Shown here: piece after piece, positions 38,801 through 53,009 of the stretch
Layout: every line of letters begins with the position of its first letter
Position numbering within the stretch: position 1 is the stretch's first letter
Assembly (NCBI RefSeq): GCF_006345805.1
Contig: NC_043003.1
Location: 43,648,001 to 43,712,000 of the forward strand
Length of the DNA stretch: 64,000 bases
Source: Octopus sinensis
Taxonomy: Eukaryota
Direction of reading: 5' to 3'
The notes under the pieces: generated by a model
The model's database searches: none
Told to the model about the DNA's origin: nothing
What the model saw: only the letters and a program-made list of their open reading frames with translations
Program-made: the position numbers and the translations under genes

Positions 38801-38900
38801 TGTACACTCCGAGAAACACGGCTGCGCAACGACCATATTGTTTTGGAGGGTGACTATGATTTGTAAGTTCAAATTATTACCTCCTAGCCACAGCGTAAAT
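35095..38900 (-). mobile_element. Fragmented R4/Dong-like LINE(s) interrupted by microsatellites and SINE relics
   Basis: VPIIVGALGTVNKNL..HLQKTALIGTA (35095-35240), GYEYLG and KAINS (36900-37110), RITAES..DPISFF (38553-38777). Confidence 0.7.
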
Positions 38901-39299
38901 GTAAATCACGAAGGTATTACAACCACATACACATCAATGTAAATAATATAAATTATAAAACAGCAAAGCTAACTGCTAGGCGCTGCACAGTGTGCTGATC
39001 AACGAATACCGAACCAGAACATTGTAAACAAAAATATTTACAGTAGAATGTAAGACACATATATTGGAATGGAAATTTTGAATTGTAGACTTCTTAAATA
39101 TGACAATATTAATAGCGAAGTAAAGTATGATAGACCACAACTCTGCCACTGAATCAAGGAAATTATTTCCCGGTACTAAAACTTCACAATACAATAGTGA
39201 AAAGGAAACTTGGTCGTCACACACTTGATGAAAACATACATTATCATTTGCAACAAAAGGTTAAACGAAATAACGCATGCAACAGACAGTTTAATTACA

Positions 39300-42150
39300 A
39301 AGAGATGTGAGTGCTCCTTCGCATTTATTCATGTTGGAAAATCAACATCCGAACAAACCAAATGAAACGCTATCATAAACAAAACACAATAGAAAATAAT
39401 AGAAAATAATTCTCAAGTTTTAATGAAATCAGTAACGGAACAACATCACTGAAGTAAAAAAAAATATTGGCAGTATGAAGAAACTTTGCAAACAAAAAAC
39501 TGTAGTATCTCGAAAAGAATCCATGTGAATAAAAAAACAGAAAGATTCTTTGAGCAAAACTAACATTCCAACAGCAATCCAAAATGGTTTTATCAAAAAC
39601 GAGATAAAATACGTCAGAAACCATTGCAGTAACAAAAGCAAGACAACAATTTCTGGGGTGGTGTATAGACAGAGATGTAATCACCTCAGAAGTGGTTGTT
39701 GAAACATAGCACATGAAACATTGCCGAAAGCCATAACAACACAGAAATTATTCTATACGCTTCTTAAAACAAGCGACTGCAATGCATTATCAGAAATTAT
39801 TAGATTTCTGGATAGAATATTGAACAGGAATACGTAACGTGTTAGCTGAGGACCTTCATAAAATACGGATGCCATAGGAGACAGCACCTATCTCCCACAA
39901 AAGAAAAAAGCCATAGAAGAATTGCAGAATAGGAAATCGTAAACTCTGTATTTTCATAATGTATCTTCCGAAGCGTTAATTGAAATTATATCACAGAGGA
40001 TAAATAAATATAATTTGTTTTCAGAAAAAATGTTTATCAGGAATGGATGATGAAGGTATAAAAAATAAGACCTGTAGGAGTTGAAAGTAGCAAACCATGA
40101 CATGTTTTGATATCCAGAATGAGTTTTACAGTATTCCATACGATTTCCTCCAGAGACATTAGCAATGCGTAATATAGTCACAATAATGACAACAGATATA
40201 TGTAACAAATCATGAGTAAATAGAGAAATAAATGTGAACTAATTCTGCCTCATCTAAAAACAAATGGTCATAGAATATACGCACATCTATATTCTTTTCT
40301 ACTCAAGGCAGAAGGCCCGAAACCTTTGAAGAGGGGCCAGTCGATTAGATCAATCCCAGTACGCAAATGGTACTTAATTGATCGACCCCGAAAGAATGAA
40401 AAGCAAAGTCGACCTCGGCGGAATTTGAACTCAAAAATTAAAGACAGACGAACTACCGCTAAGCTTTTCGTCCGGCGTGCTAAAATTTCTTATTTCTTTA
40501 TTGCCCACAAGGGACTAAACATAGAGGGGACAAACAAGAACAGACAAAGGCATTAAGTCGATTACATCGACCCCAGTGCGTAACTGGTACATTATTTATC
40601 GACTTCAAAAAGATGAAAGGCAAATTCGACCTCGGCAGAATTTGAACTCCGAACGTAACAGCAGACGAAATACCTATTTCTTTACTACCCACAAGGGGCT
40701 AAACACAGAGAGGACAAAGTCGACCTCGGCGGAATTTGAACTCAGAACGTAACGGCAGACGAAATACCGCTAAGCATTTCGCCCGGCGTACTAAAGTTTC
40801 TGCCAGCTCGCCGCCTTGGGACATAGCTGCGAATGCTAAGAAAGACAATGCCTTGTCCTTCGAGTAATCCGACGTTGTTTTTTGTCCATGTTAAACAGCT
40901 AATAATGATGTTGTGCAAATTTTTACCAGGAAAAAATGTTCATATTCTAATTTGATAAGTTCGTCTAAGCGCATATTGAAAGAAGAAAATTAAGTAAGAC
41001 ATCTAATATATAGGGGGAAAATAGAGGAATAAGGGAAATACAAACTGATAGATATTTAGGAAACGATGAAATAAATATGGTACAATAGCTACAAATGAAA
41101 AATTATTGGGGAATGATAATTTAATAGCATACGAATGATACTTAACACAGCAAAAAATAATGGTAACGATATCCACGATCTAGTGGTTCCTGTAACAATT
41201 CATTGTTATAATCTTTCTCCACTTGACGCTAAACAAAGTCGCCGTTTTATAAAAATAAACACAAAACAAAAATAATCACCGTATTCAATATAGCCTACTC
41301 AAAATCTGAAATCAATAGATAAGAGATACTAGAGATATTGTGAGGTAGGGGCCTGAGGCAAGTTTTGAAACATTATATAATATCAGTAGAAGGATTAAAA
41401 AAGTGTTTTGTAAAAATAATAGAATCTTACGCAAATATTTCTGAAGATAGAAAAATACTCAATATGCATGATATGTATCTTCAAAGTATTCAGCAAATAA
41501 AACAATTCGGCTGTAAGAAAGTAGAAACTACCGCAAACTTACTGAAACTCAGCAAAAATTGGACTTCAAAATATGGTGGTAATGCCAGTGTAAAGCCAAT
41601 GTAAAGCTATGTTGAGACGACGTGTCATTTGCATGGCTATTAGCTAAAGGAAGCAAACGTACCTAGTACACAAGAGATCAAGTTGAAATTGCAACACTGA
41701 CTGAGAAAATATAAAGCAATGGATTTTTGATTGGCCAGAAACTTAATCTTTTCAAATTACAAAATAGTAAAAGAGGGTAATATGCTTGATCATATCCTAT
41801 AACTACCGCGTATGCACAGGCTGTTGACAGCAGCTAACCATATGATTTTTTCCAACCCTGTTTTAAATGATAAGAAATCTACAGGTGGAAGAGATAATTG
41901 GCTTTCAAACTCAGAAATATATCATCTTTATGAAGCGGCATAAACCTAATAGATTTCTACATAGAAAAATGGAGTACGCAGTTTCATGTGGACAGGAATA
42001 GAGAAGTTAACCCATTCTATCTAACAGTAAATTCCAAGGTTATAATTGGTTTGATTTGTTTATGACGATCTCGCTATAGAGCAAAAAAAAAACAGAAGGA
42101 ATGACTTCAAGACCTTTTCTAGTACAAAACAAGACCAGTATAAAACTCCT
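39300..42150 (+). mobile_element. Decayed R4/Dong-like LINE split by a SINE cluster
   Basis: FFEQN..NPKWFY..NNFWGGV..KWL (39480-39710), GRGLRQV (about 41345), KHKP..EN..MW (41930-42000). Confidence 0.55.
40300..40816 (-). mobile_element. Cluster of nested/tandem copies of one tRNA-SINE family
   Basis: aaagtcgacctcggcggaatttgaactc-like segment occurs three times, with two different 3' tails. Confidence 0.85.
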
Positions 42151-42374
42151 GAATATGTGATTACAGAGCAAAGTGCAGATTCTGTGGCAAAAATAATTCA
42201 ACATGTTCTTTATTCGACATTTTTTTTTTTAGTTCAATTAAGTTGTCTCCTCTTATCACGAAAGTTAGACTGAGCTCATGTAATGCTGTTTAGAAATGAA
42301 ACGAAGATTTCTCCGATTTCTTTTCTGCTCTGTGACGTTGATAAACCAGCCACGCTAAAAAGATTGTAATTGTT

Positions 42375-42449
42375 TATCAGACCTACTTTTATATCAACTG
42401 TTGTCAACATTATCAGACCTACTTTTATATCAACTGTTGTCGACATTAT
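42375..42449. repeat. 36-bp tandem duplication
   Basis: tatcagacctacttttatatcaactgttgtc(a/g)acat x2. Confidence 0.9.
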
Positions 42450-44609
42450 CTTCTGAATTCGATGTTGCTGCTCCTGAGACATAAGCTAGAAAATATTTAC
42501 AGAATGAATGCTCATAGGCACAGGCAGAAATACTGATCATAAAGAAGAGTAGAGTGACATGTATAAGAACCTTGTTCAAAATATTGGCACCTAAATTAAT
42601 GTAAATATTCTACAATGAGTACGCCGATTTATGCAACATATGAAATGATGTTTTAAAATTATACCCCTTTATGTCAACCTTTTGAAAAGATTCTATAGTA
42701 AATCTTCGCTGAGAAAAAAAACAATAAAAATTTCAATAATTCACCTATTTAAATAAACTTAAAATAACATATATTTTTCCTGAAAATTATGATAGTGGTA
42801 AAGCTAACATGTTTCTAATTCTTCCAAAGTCTCTGTATCTAACTTATATTATTTTATATTATTAAAGTTAATGTCTGAAATAAACAAACAGTTTGAACTA
42901 ACAGTTTACCTTTTTGCTGTCAGCAATGTTATTCTTATCAAACTAAAGTGATTCTCTCTTTCTGTCTCTCTTTCACTCCGTCTCACCCGTCTCTCTCTTG
43001 GATTTATCGATGCTTCTTTTAACATCGAGTTAGAAGAAACATAATTTTAAGTATCATCCATCCTGTAGGCGTTTGCATACATCGGGCCTATTTTTAGAGA
43101 AGACAGTGATTCCTTATCTTCATTGCAATGTGGTTTAAAAATGGCGTTTATCTGCGATTTATCTCTCCATAGGTATAATGTGACAAAATGTCCATCTGCT
43201 ACGAAAAGCAATCTATCATTAGTTTGCATTACTTTTGGTTACATTGTGAACGCTCTTTATGTCACTAAATATTTCGGCAGTATTACAATTTTACGGGATT
43301 TACTGCAATTATATTATCAGTGCCAAGTAAAAGCTCAACGTTAAATGTTAGGACTCAGACAACTCAGCACCATGTAGAGAACACGAATCGTGGATCTATT
43401 GCTTGTAAATTAGAGTGTTATCACTACCGTACTCTGGAATTTCGTTCTAGTTATATTTTTATACAATGAAGGAAATGTGTTAAATAGTAGTGCGTATATA
43501 TCAATCTGTATCAGAAGTCTTCAACTTTTCACTTTAGTCTTATAACGAATGACTTTCGGGGGGTCTTTCTTTTCATCTTTCCGAAATCGATGAAGCAAGT
43601 AGCACTAATATCAATTTAATGTAATATTACAACATATTTGTCACCTTGTGTCAATGGGAAAGGCGAATATATTCCCAATGATAAAATTCACTTCTATATA
43701 AACGAAACTATAAAATGCTGCTTAATAACAGGAATTTATCTATGTATTGATTTGGTATGACAAATGTCTAAATATTTTAATTGCGTTATATTTAGCCAAA
43801 TGAAATCTCATTCATCAGATTTTCGTTTAATAACTTTGCATCTTATCATTTACCTAGATTACTGTTTGCAATATAAGTCAAGCTAAGACGAATATTTCCT
43901 TTGGTTACACTTACATTCTTTTGACAATAAACTTCCACGAAAATTGATCTCTAAGGGCATGCTAATAGTTGAATTAAATTTGTCCATAAAATATGCTTCG
44001 GAGTGTGGGTGTATATATATTCACATGCACATGTGTATATATATTGATTTATATCTTAAGGTATCTTTCTCTCTCTTTCTCTCTCTCTCTCTCTCTATCT
44101 TTGTATATATATAAATATATATATATATATTTATATATATATATATATAAGACAGAAAGGGGAATATACGAGAATTTATTCTTGATACGACAACTGTTTC
44201 GACACATCTAAAATCGATTCCTCTTGGGTGGAACATTCAACAACTGGTTGAGGAACATAAGGTGGTGAAGATGTATCTCGTCGGGTGTTAAACAAATGCA
44301 ATTCTTTACAATGACTGTTCCGCAATGTAACTTTCCGTTTTGTAGAGAGAAAAGCAGCCAGACGGAAGAAATATATTCATTTATATAGAAGATCAAAAAT
44401 AAAATCACAGATGGCAAAAAGAGAAACGAACACACAATCCAGCGAGAAAATTGTGTTTATCGGTATGTGTGTATGTATAAGTATGAATACATACATACAC
44501 ACGCACGCATATTCATGCGTACATGCCTGCTGAACTCTACACAGTCTTTCTCTCTCCGTTTATTATTCCTTTTTTTCAATTTCTCTCTAAATTTTCCTCT
44601 TAAAACTTT

Positions 44610-44645
44610 CTGTAGAAGAGCGTAGGCTCGAAATGTACAAGACTT
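44610..44645 (+). ncRNA. HHR-like relic (A6U variant) in a pLTR-like repeat
   Basis: CTGTAGA-A-GAGC(GTAG)GCTC-GAAA-TG-TA; stems I and III are poor. Confidence 0.4.
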
Positions 44646-44788
44646 TTCCATTTTTCCCCAGCGTTAGATTAATACACCTGCTTGTTTTACCTATAACTCT
44701 ATTCGTCTTTCGTTTTATGTAAACATGAACTGTATATATATATATATAAATATATATTTATATACCCTGTTTATAATTGTACCATATG

Positions 44789-44827
<39 letters not shown>

Positions 44828-44863
44828 ACACACACACACACACTCACTCACACATACATATAT

Positions 44864-45256
44864 AATGAAGTATAAGGAAGGGACAAATTATAAGTGTAGA
44901 CGAACTGTAATTCATAATGCAAGATGGTACAGATCCAATATAAATTCTACAAATTGTTTCAGAGTCTAATTAATTCCAAAGACAAAACGAGAACTCTCCG
45001 CGAAATAAAAAATAGATACTTCATCAGGAATTACATACTGCTATGAATAATCACCAACAAGAAAAATATACAAAGACCTTTCATAGCGCAGACGGGAACG
45101 AACAAAATATTTTCATGAAGAGTTTTTCGTTTTTGTCTTTGGAATTAATTAGACTCCGAAACAATTATTACAGAATGTATATTGGTTCTGTAGCAACTTG
45201 GATTATGAAGTAAAGATCATCTACACTTACAATTTTCCCTTTCGTTATACTTCATT
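44864..45256. repeat. About 390-bp diverged foldback (arms about 44864-44997 / 45119-45256) built from HHR-bearing sequence
   Basis: Arms align in reverse complement. Minus strand 45032-44943 reads AATTC-CTGATGA-(23 nt)-AGAGT...ACTCT-GAAA-CAATTTG-TA-GAATT. Confidence 0.85.
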
Positions 45257-46085
45257 TAATGTTTTTGCAAATACTGAATATATATTTTTATATATAGTCT
45301 TTATTTAGATTGTACCGGCGGACCTGGATTTTTGACATCACTATGAAGGATTTCTGTCCTGACATCTTATATATATATATATCATTTTACTTGAAGATAC
45401 GTATAAATATTTATATGCAAACATGTGCTTATGTGTGCGCATGCTGATGCAGATATTCATCAAATTCAGCTTGCGTAACTTCAAGTTTCAGAACAAATAT
45501 TGGACAAATATTTAAGAAATTGGAATATATTCATAGATATTTTGCTAGTTCTACAAGAGACTAATCCCACCTGGAGTAAATGAACACCAAAAGGTAGGCG
45601 ATTGGTGACACATTTTTCCTAATCGAGCAAAACTTTAATAAATGTTATTTCATCGCTGCGAATGTGGATACTATACGTTCAAACATTTTGAGCAAATAGG
45701 ATGAAATTCGAAGGAAATCGGATTGTGTTTTCAGCAATACTCGGGGTACGACGTGCATTTTCCCTCGTTGAATCCGAGAAATATACGTACAGATATCAAT
45801 AGTACGAATATTCTTATAAACATGTCAGTAATAACTTTATGTGCAGTTTCGAGAGCTTCGTGTGCTGCGCAACAATATATTCAGTGGATTTGTCAAACCA
45901 TTTTAGGAAATGTTGACTTATAGCCATTCCCAGTGAATTAAATATGTATTGCAATAAGAACTGACGCATTTATAGAAGGAGAGCTATTTTCTACATGAAG
46001 TTCTATGCACATAGCTAATATGAAAGAAAGCAGGCGTATGCATACATACATGCACAAATATATATGCATACAGATATATACATAT

Positions 46086-46151
<66 letters not shown>

Positions 46152-46196
46152 GCATATATATATATACATATATTTGTATATATGTACATATATATA

Positions 46197-46239
<43 letters not shown>

Positions 46240-46872
46240 ATATATATCAGTGTGTGTGTCTATATTGAGGGAGAGAGAGAGAGAGAGAGAGAGAAGACAG
46301 ACACATAGCATAAAAAAGGAGAGGGAGTAAGGAGATAGAAATCTAAACTATCTTACAATAAAGCGGAAGCTATGGCCCTGATTGTACCAGAGAGGGGTCC
46401 AATCAATGTGTTATAACATGGAACTTTAATTGAATTATGAAGCGATTTCAAGCGTCAATCTTTCAAAATTTCTGCAGTAGTCAGTTACAAAAATTATGTG
46501 TTATTTTCCAAAATTTGAGAATCTCGGAACTGCAGCAACGCTCTTTCTCTCTTTTTTCAAATGTATTTTATGTGATTTGTACATATTACGATGTGATATG
46601 TGAATTATCAAGTAAAAACGATTCCAACTGAGATAATGCACCATATCCAAGTGAAATTATCCTTCCATTTTATGAGAATATTATTTTAGAGGAATAAAAT
46701 GTGTATATGTGTATGCATACGTACGTATACATATATATATATCTGTAATTCAAAGCGCATATACGATTACACGTTTATTCACGCACAAATTAGAAAATCG
46801 GATCGAAGGATATATATTCTAATTTAGATCAAAATGTCTATGTATGCTGTACTAATACACATTTATGGATAT

Positions 46873-46922
<50 letters not shown>

Positions 46923-47062
46923 TGTATTCATATACATATATATGTTTGAGTGTGTGTATGTATATGTAGACATTCATGCCCACGTAAAGACAAATATACA
47001 TACACACACACACATATATATATATGTATAAATATATACATATATATATATATGTGTGTGTA

Positions 47063-47101
<39 letters not shown>

Positions 47102-48063
47102 TATATATGTATATATATGTGTGCGTGTGTATGTATGTAAATTTGTCTCTACGTGGGCATGAATGTCTACATATACATACACACACTCAAACATGTGGAA
47201 ACTCCTGATATGCGCATATTTATACTGTAATATTCTGTCATACACTCACTCTCTTGTATATATGCGTGTGCGTGTATGTGTAAGTGTCTGTAGTATAAGA
47301 ATATATATAATTAATATAAATGAATATACATATTTTATATGTGTATATGTATATATAAATATGTATCTTTGTATTTATATAAGTGTGTATGTATATGTGT
47401 GTGTGTTTGTGCATGTGTTATTAATATAATATATACTTCAAAAACATTTTACGGATGTTCAATCTTCAATGCTTATCTGAAAACGTTTTTGGCAAATGGG
47501 CGATATATCTGTAGCAATCTGATTGATATGTGCGGAAATCGTGGCTAATGTACATGGTAGAAATCTCAGCTTTCTCAATAGATATTATATGGTAATGCAT
47601 TGCACGAAAAATACATCGGCACTAACACACTTATTTAACTATTCACGTGTGCACAGAAGTTGACATACACACATAAACGCTCCCAAACACGACTACTCAC
47701 GTATACGTATTATATATAAGAGTATGCATGAACGAAAGCCATCATGTTAATATCTCATTAAACATTCAAATAGTCTTATTTTACATTAGCAAGTTCACGT
47801 ACACACATATGTTCATGGCTGCATGTATACACGTCTAGATACACATATAATATGGAGGAAAATATTCCTTTACATAAAGATCATGCGGATGCGTATGTTT
47901 ACTGATAGCACATAGATTCATGTCCATATACATATATATATATATGTATGTATATATATATATATATATATGTTTATATGTATATATATATATATATATG
48001 TATGTGTAAAATATATATATATATATACATATATACAAACACCTGTATATATGTATGTGTTTA

Positions 48064-48103
<40 letters not shown>

Positions 48104-49189
48104 TGTGTCTCTGTGTGTGCACAACGTCTCATGGCATTTTTTCTACATTATAGATGAGAAGGTAAGAAATAATCATGGGATACAAAAAACGACGAGTATT
48201 GAAGTATCTAGATATGCATTTATGTATTTCATAAAACGTGAAACGTTGTGAATTATAATTCACAAAGATTTAATGTGATGTAGCTAGATTTTAGTTAACA
48301 CTATGTACTTTCACCAGTGCAAAATATTCTGTGAATATATATTTTATTTCTTATTGCAATGAATTGAGGCTGTTATACTAAGGCTTACGTTGGGGTGGGT
48401 GCTGTTTAAGCCTTGGGTATTAAAGATTATCTTACTATCGGATTGTGCTGGTTAACTATGAGCAAGGCACGTCAGTAGCTTATAGACTGAAACGGACATG
48501 TAACAAATACTACTTTTCAAATGAACTTAGAAATGAAATGTAATGAAAACAATGAAAATGAGCTTGTAAATTGGTATTTAAAAGGAAAATAAAAATCTGT
48601 GGCAAATATTACAAAGAACAAGATTCTATCTAACTCACATGTTTCTGAAATTGTTTCTATGGTAAAGCAAAATACAATTAATACAGATTATGTATATCCA
48701 TTTCCTTAGGATGTCATGCTTGAAATAATACTGTTTTGTATTCATGTTTATAAGTACGCAAATAGACACAACAATATTTTCATACACATATCATTAAAAT
48801 AGCGTTTACATGTGTGCTTAGTTGAAAAGTTAGAGTAAGAACAATATACGCAATAATTTTATATTTTTAATAAAACGTTTCAAGCAAAGTTTCTCACATA
48901 TTGAAAATCTTTAAAAGAATCCAATTTGAAAATGTCTAACACATGGTTGGTATTGTTAAAGAATGACTAAATTGATTTTAGCAGTCATTAACAATATCAC
49001 TGGTAACAGAATAATATCACTTCACTGTGGTAGATACACGGATGTTATATTCAGAATCCCCTCCCAAATACAATACTTTGAAGACACATAAAAATTAACA
49101 AATGCAAAGCAACAGAATGTGATTATACGACAGGAAATATGTTAGTTAAACTTCAAAATTTTATCATCATGAATTGGAGAAGGGTTGAT

Positions 49190-49560
49190 AACGCAAGACC
49201 ATATTCATCACAATTTGCACAGGAATAAATATTGGATTTGAGCTGATCTGTTCTACCCCTATCCACCATATTCACCAGACCTAGAATCAAATGATTTCCA
49301 TAATGTTCGCTCTCTTCACAATGCTCTGGTGGGAAAAACACTTTCCCAGCAAGATGAGGTGAAAACGTATTTGCAAAGCTTCTTCATGTCGAAATCAGCT
49401 GAATTTTACATGGAGGAATAAAAAATAAACTTCCTGATCAATGACAAGGGGCCATTCAAAATAATGGCAACTATATTGATAACTGATAATAATTATTTAT
49501 AAAGTTTAATCATAAGTAATGTAGTTTAACAAAATCGGAAATTATTTATGACTCCACACT
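49190..49560 (+). mobile_element. Mariner transposase 3' end fragment
   Basis: YPPYSPDLESNDFH..RSLHNALVGK....DEVKTYLQSFFMSKSAEFY. Confidence 0.8.
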
Positions 49561-49714
49561 CCATAATATTCTGTTACCCCTGATATGTGTATGTGAGTGT
49601 GCGTGTGTGTGTATGTGTACATGAGTGTCAAAATAAATAGGTATCAATATTTCTCAAGAGCGATGGAAAAACAAAGGGAAACATTTTGAAAGAAAAATAA
49701 CATTTTTTACATTT

Positions 49715-51560
49715 CACGGATATTTGTACTCATCTTGTTTGTTGTTAACAGCGTTTCGCCCTCCGGCCTTCATCGAGTGTCTTGGGTGAAATTTCGAACA
49801 TGTGTTCTCATTCCTAAAGTATTTTTCGATGTTGTTATTATTCAGGTCAATGCCTGGAATCGAACTCAGATTGGGGCTAGAAGCCCATGCTCTTAACAAC
49901 TAGGCCATGTGTCCGTGGGCAGTTATGGACTGAATTTTTAGGGCTTATAAATCTTTTATTCTCCTATCCTTCCTTTATACCGGTTCCCATATACTACTCA
50001 TATCTGCACTCGGTTTGCTTTGAAGGTTGTTGTGTCCTAGCATATGCGCTGCTTCTTTAAGTTATCGTATTTTCCAGTGGTGTTCTCTGTCTATTATTTT
50101 AACTTCATCCCACAGAGGATTTTTCCATACACGATCAATCCTAACCGATTTATCAATATCTCTTCGCGTCACAGCATTGCGATGTTCGTCTACCATTATC
50201 TTGAGGGGGCGGCATGTCTCGCCGTTGTATAACCTACCACAACTGCATGGGATTCAGTATACGCAGTCTTTGGTCAAATTCTCTTCTATTCGTGGTTTTA
50301 CACAAAGGAGATATTTGCGAAGTGGTGTATTATTCTTGAATACTGTCCCGATTTCATATGGGCTGCATATCTTTTGTATCTTTCACATAGGGTAGACAAA
50401 CTTTGGGCAGTTAATTATAATCGTCCTCTCTGTTCTTCATCATCGGAGTGGGTAGTATGTTTTGGGGGTAACTGTTGCTTAATAGATTGTCATTAAGCTT
50501 GATCATTTCTTCGTAGTGTGTATCACGATTGCTACTTATATTCTTTGCTCGATATTTTAGGCACTGAGGAATCCTTCTCTTTACACTGTATGGATGGTGG
50601 GAATTGAAGTTGGGGTATCGTCCAGTGAAGGTCGACTTGTGGTATACGGATGTTCTGAATCTATAATTGGTGCGTGTTATTAATACGTCCAGGAATGCTA
50701 GTTGATTGTCTTTTTCCTTTTCCCTTGTGAACTGTATGGGTTGCTTTATTGAGTTCACATGATCTAACAGCACTTCCCGGTGGGGACAGAGAATAAAGGT
50801 GTCATCAACCTATCGAAGCCACAGGGTTGGTTTTAGTGGTGTTGATCCTAAAACCAAATTCTCCAAGTATTCCAAGTATATATCGGCTATTATCGGTGAT
50901 AATGGCGAACCCATAGCTAAACGCTTTTCATGAAGATATATATCAGTGTCCATACTGAAGTAGGTAGTTTTTTGCACAGAAGGTCACCTTTTCCATCATG
51001 TTTCTTATTGGTATACGAGTGCGTATACACATAGATAGGTGTATGTCACTTGTTTTTCTTGAATCACCGACATTGCTTCCCCAGTTGGGTCGTTAGTGAA
51101 GTACTACAGCTCATTATAGATCTTAATGGAATACTATCCCTGGGAATCTTAGGGAGACCGTACATGTGTTAAGTCAGCTGTCTTTACTTCATTGGTGCAA
51201 AGGGATCCTTGTTCTTGATCAACATATGTGACAACTTCCTCTCTGTTTCCAGAGTTGGTCTTTCTTTTCTTTACTGCTACTATCACTTACAAGACTTGCC
51301 AATTTTTCCGAGTAGTCAGACTTGTTCATCACTACTGTAGCATTTCCCTTGTCCGCTGGAAGGATTTTGATGGAGTTGTCACTCTGTAGTCTTTTGAAAG
51401 AGACGATTTCTTCCTTTTTCTAGTACATGACTTACTTTCCACCTTAGTTCATTACTTTGAGTTTTGGTGTCTTTATGGCTATTATGTACAAATATGGAAT
51501 GCGCTTGTTGGTTGTCGCAAAGTTGAGACCTTTGTTTAGTACTGCTTCTTATAACATTTT
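49715..51560 (-). mobile_element. Penelope-like element (RT + GIY-YIG + pLTR with tRNA-like segment and HHR relic), decayed
   Basis: AMGSPLSP, DDTF, IQFTREKEKDNQLAFLDVLI, YPNFNSHHP; CVY.IPCSCGRLYNGET..DREHHWKIR.LKEA; A/B boxes at 49907-49856; TCGATGA-AGGC..GCGAAAC at 49776-49753. Confidence 0.88.
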
Positions 51561-51906
51561 TTATAAATGATGCACTTAAAAAATGTTAAAACCTATTAAA
51601 AGATCACTGTTGGATAAAAAAAATTTCCGGCAATTCAGCTATCTACATATTGCTGCAGTTTTGCAGTTATCCAAATTCTATTATTAATGGCTCAGTAATT
51701 TCTTCGTATCAAAATCTATGCTTGATCTAGCGGAGTTTATAAGAATATCCCTAGTGTTGATACAAAAGCATTTCCCGTATAAGCATAGGTGTATGAACAT
51801 TTTAACTGACGTTTCATGAAGGTACATTATAGTTGCTGAGATAACGGGAATTGTCCTAAAGATGGGCTTCTAGTGTTTGTTATTTGCCAACTGCAGTAGT
51901 TTTGTA

Positions 51907-52030
<124 letters not shown>

Positions 52031-53009
52031 TAGCACTCAGTATAAAAGAATATTGTTAACTTTCCAACAAATAGATACCAGTAAATTTATGTAGAATACG
52101 AATCTGAGGTCACTTCTCATGTATGACAGGTAATTCTAACAATACTTATGAACAATTATTAGAATTTCAGAGTATTAACAACAGTCAATATGTACGAAGA
52201 AAATCATATCTTTATTTTAGATCACACCTTAAATACACAACTATTGTTTCAATTGGAGTAACATATACATACATATTTTTATGTAAAGTTGGTGCTTCAT
52301 AGCGCCCTTGTTATATACAATTCTTGTATATATCTATTAATTTTGCCTTTACAGTTTTAAGCTTACGGCAACGAACATTATTATCTCTCATGAGTATTGC
52401 TTTTCTTTAAATATTTATGAATTGTATTCATTTCGTTTTCTCAATTCGGGTTGGGCACACAAACCAACACAGTGATATATAGGAATATATATCACTATGT
52501 CATACAGGCCTGTTATGAAGAACATCAAGTGCTTTTGGCACTAAATTCGAAATCATGATACCACGTTAACTTGCCTTTTTCATGCAATTTTGCAGAGTTA
52601 AGACGCAATTCATATTCACTTATTTTTCCAACCTAGACTGTGAATATCTAATATTAAACTTTGTGGCTTCAAAGTAAATTTGAATCCTATTTTAGTAAAG
52701 ATGGTGCTTCATACCGCCCATCTTATATATAATTCTATTAATATATCTATTAATTTTGCCTATACGGTTTTAAACTTCCTGCCACTAACATTACTGGTCT
52801 TGAAATATATATATATACATGCATACATAATATTTATTGAAATTAATAACTATATGTACAAAAATTTATGTCAACAAAAATGTATCAAGTTCAGCCAAAT
52901 TAGTGAAATTCTAATTGAATATCTGAAAATATTTTTGCTGTTAAAAAGGCTAATAAAGAGAATTGCGATCTTCAAGCAAGTATGGGAAGTCATTTAATAG
53001 ATATTGTGT

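Noticed and set aside
39373-39714. 113-aa hydrophobic minus ORF as a transmembrane protein
   Set aside because: It is the antisense of an A-rich R4-like LINE fragment on the plus strand.
41880-42220. Apparent adenain/Ulp1-like protease (WLSNSEIY..., FCG) suggesting a Maverick/Polinton
   Set aside because: Neighbouring frames give R4-type motifs (GRGL, HKP..EN..W) and no Maverick integrase, polymerase or capsid is present, so a LINE relic is the simpler reading.
49852-49912. tRNA gene calls at A/B-box sequences (also 5436, 15168, 28680, 58731)
   Set aside because: No complete cloverleaf; each continues into a multi-copy SINE or PLE body.
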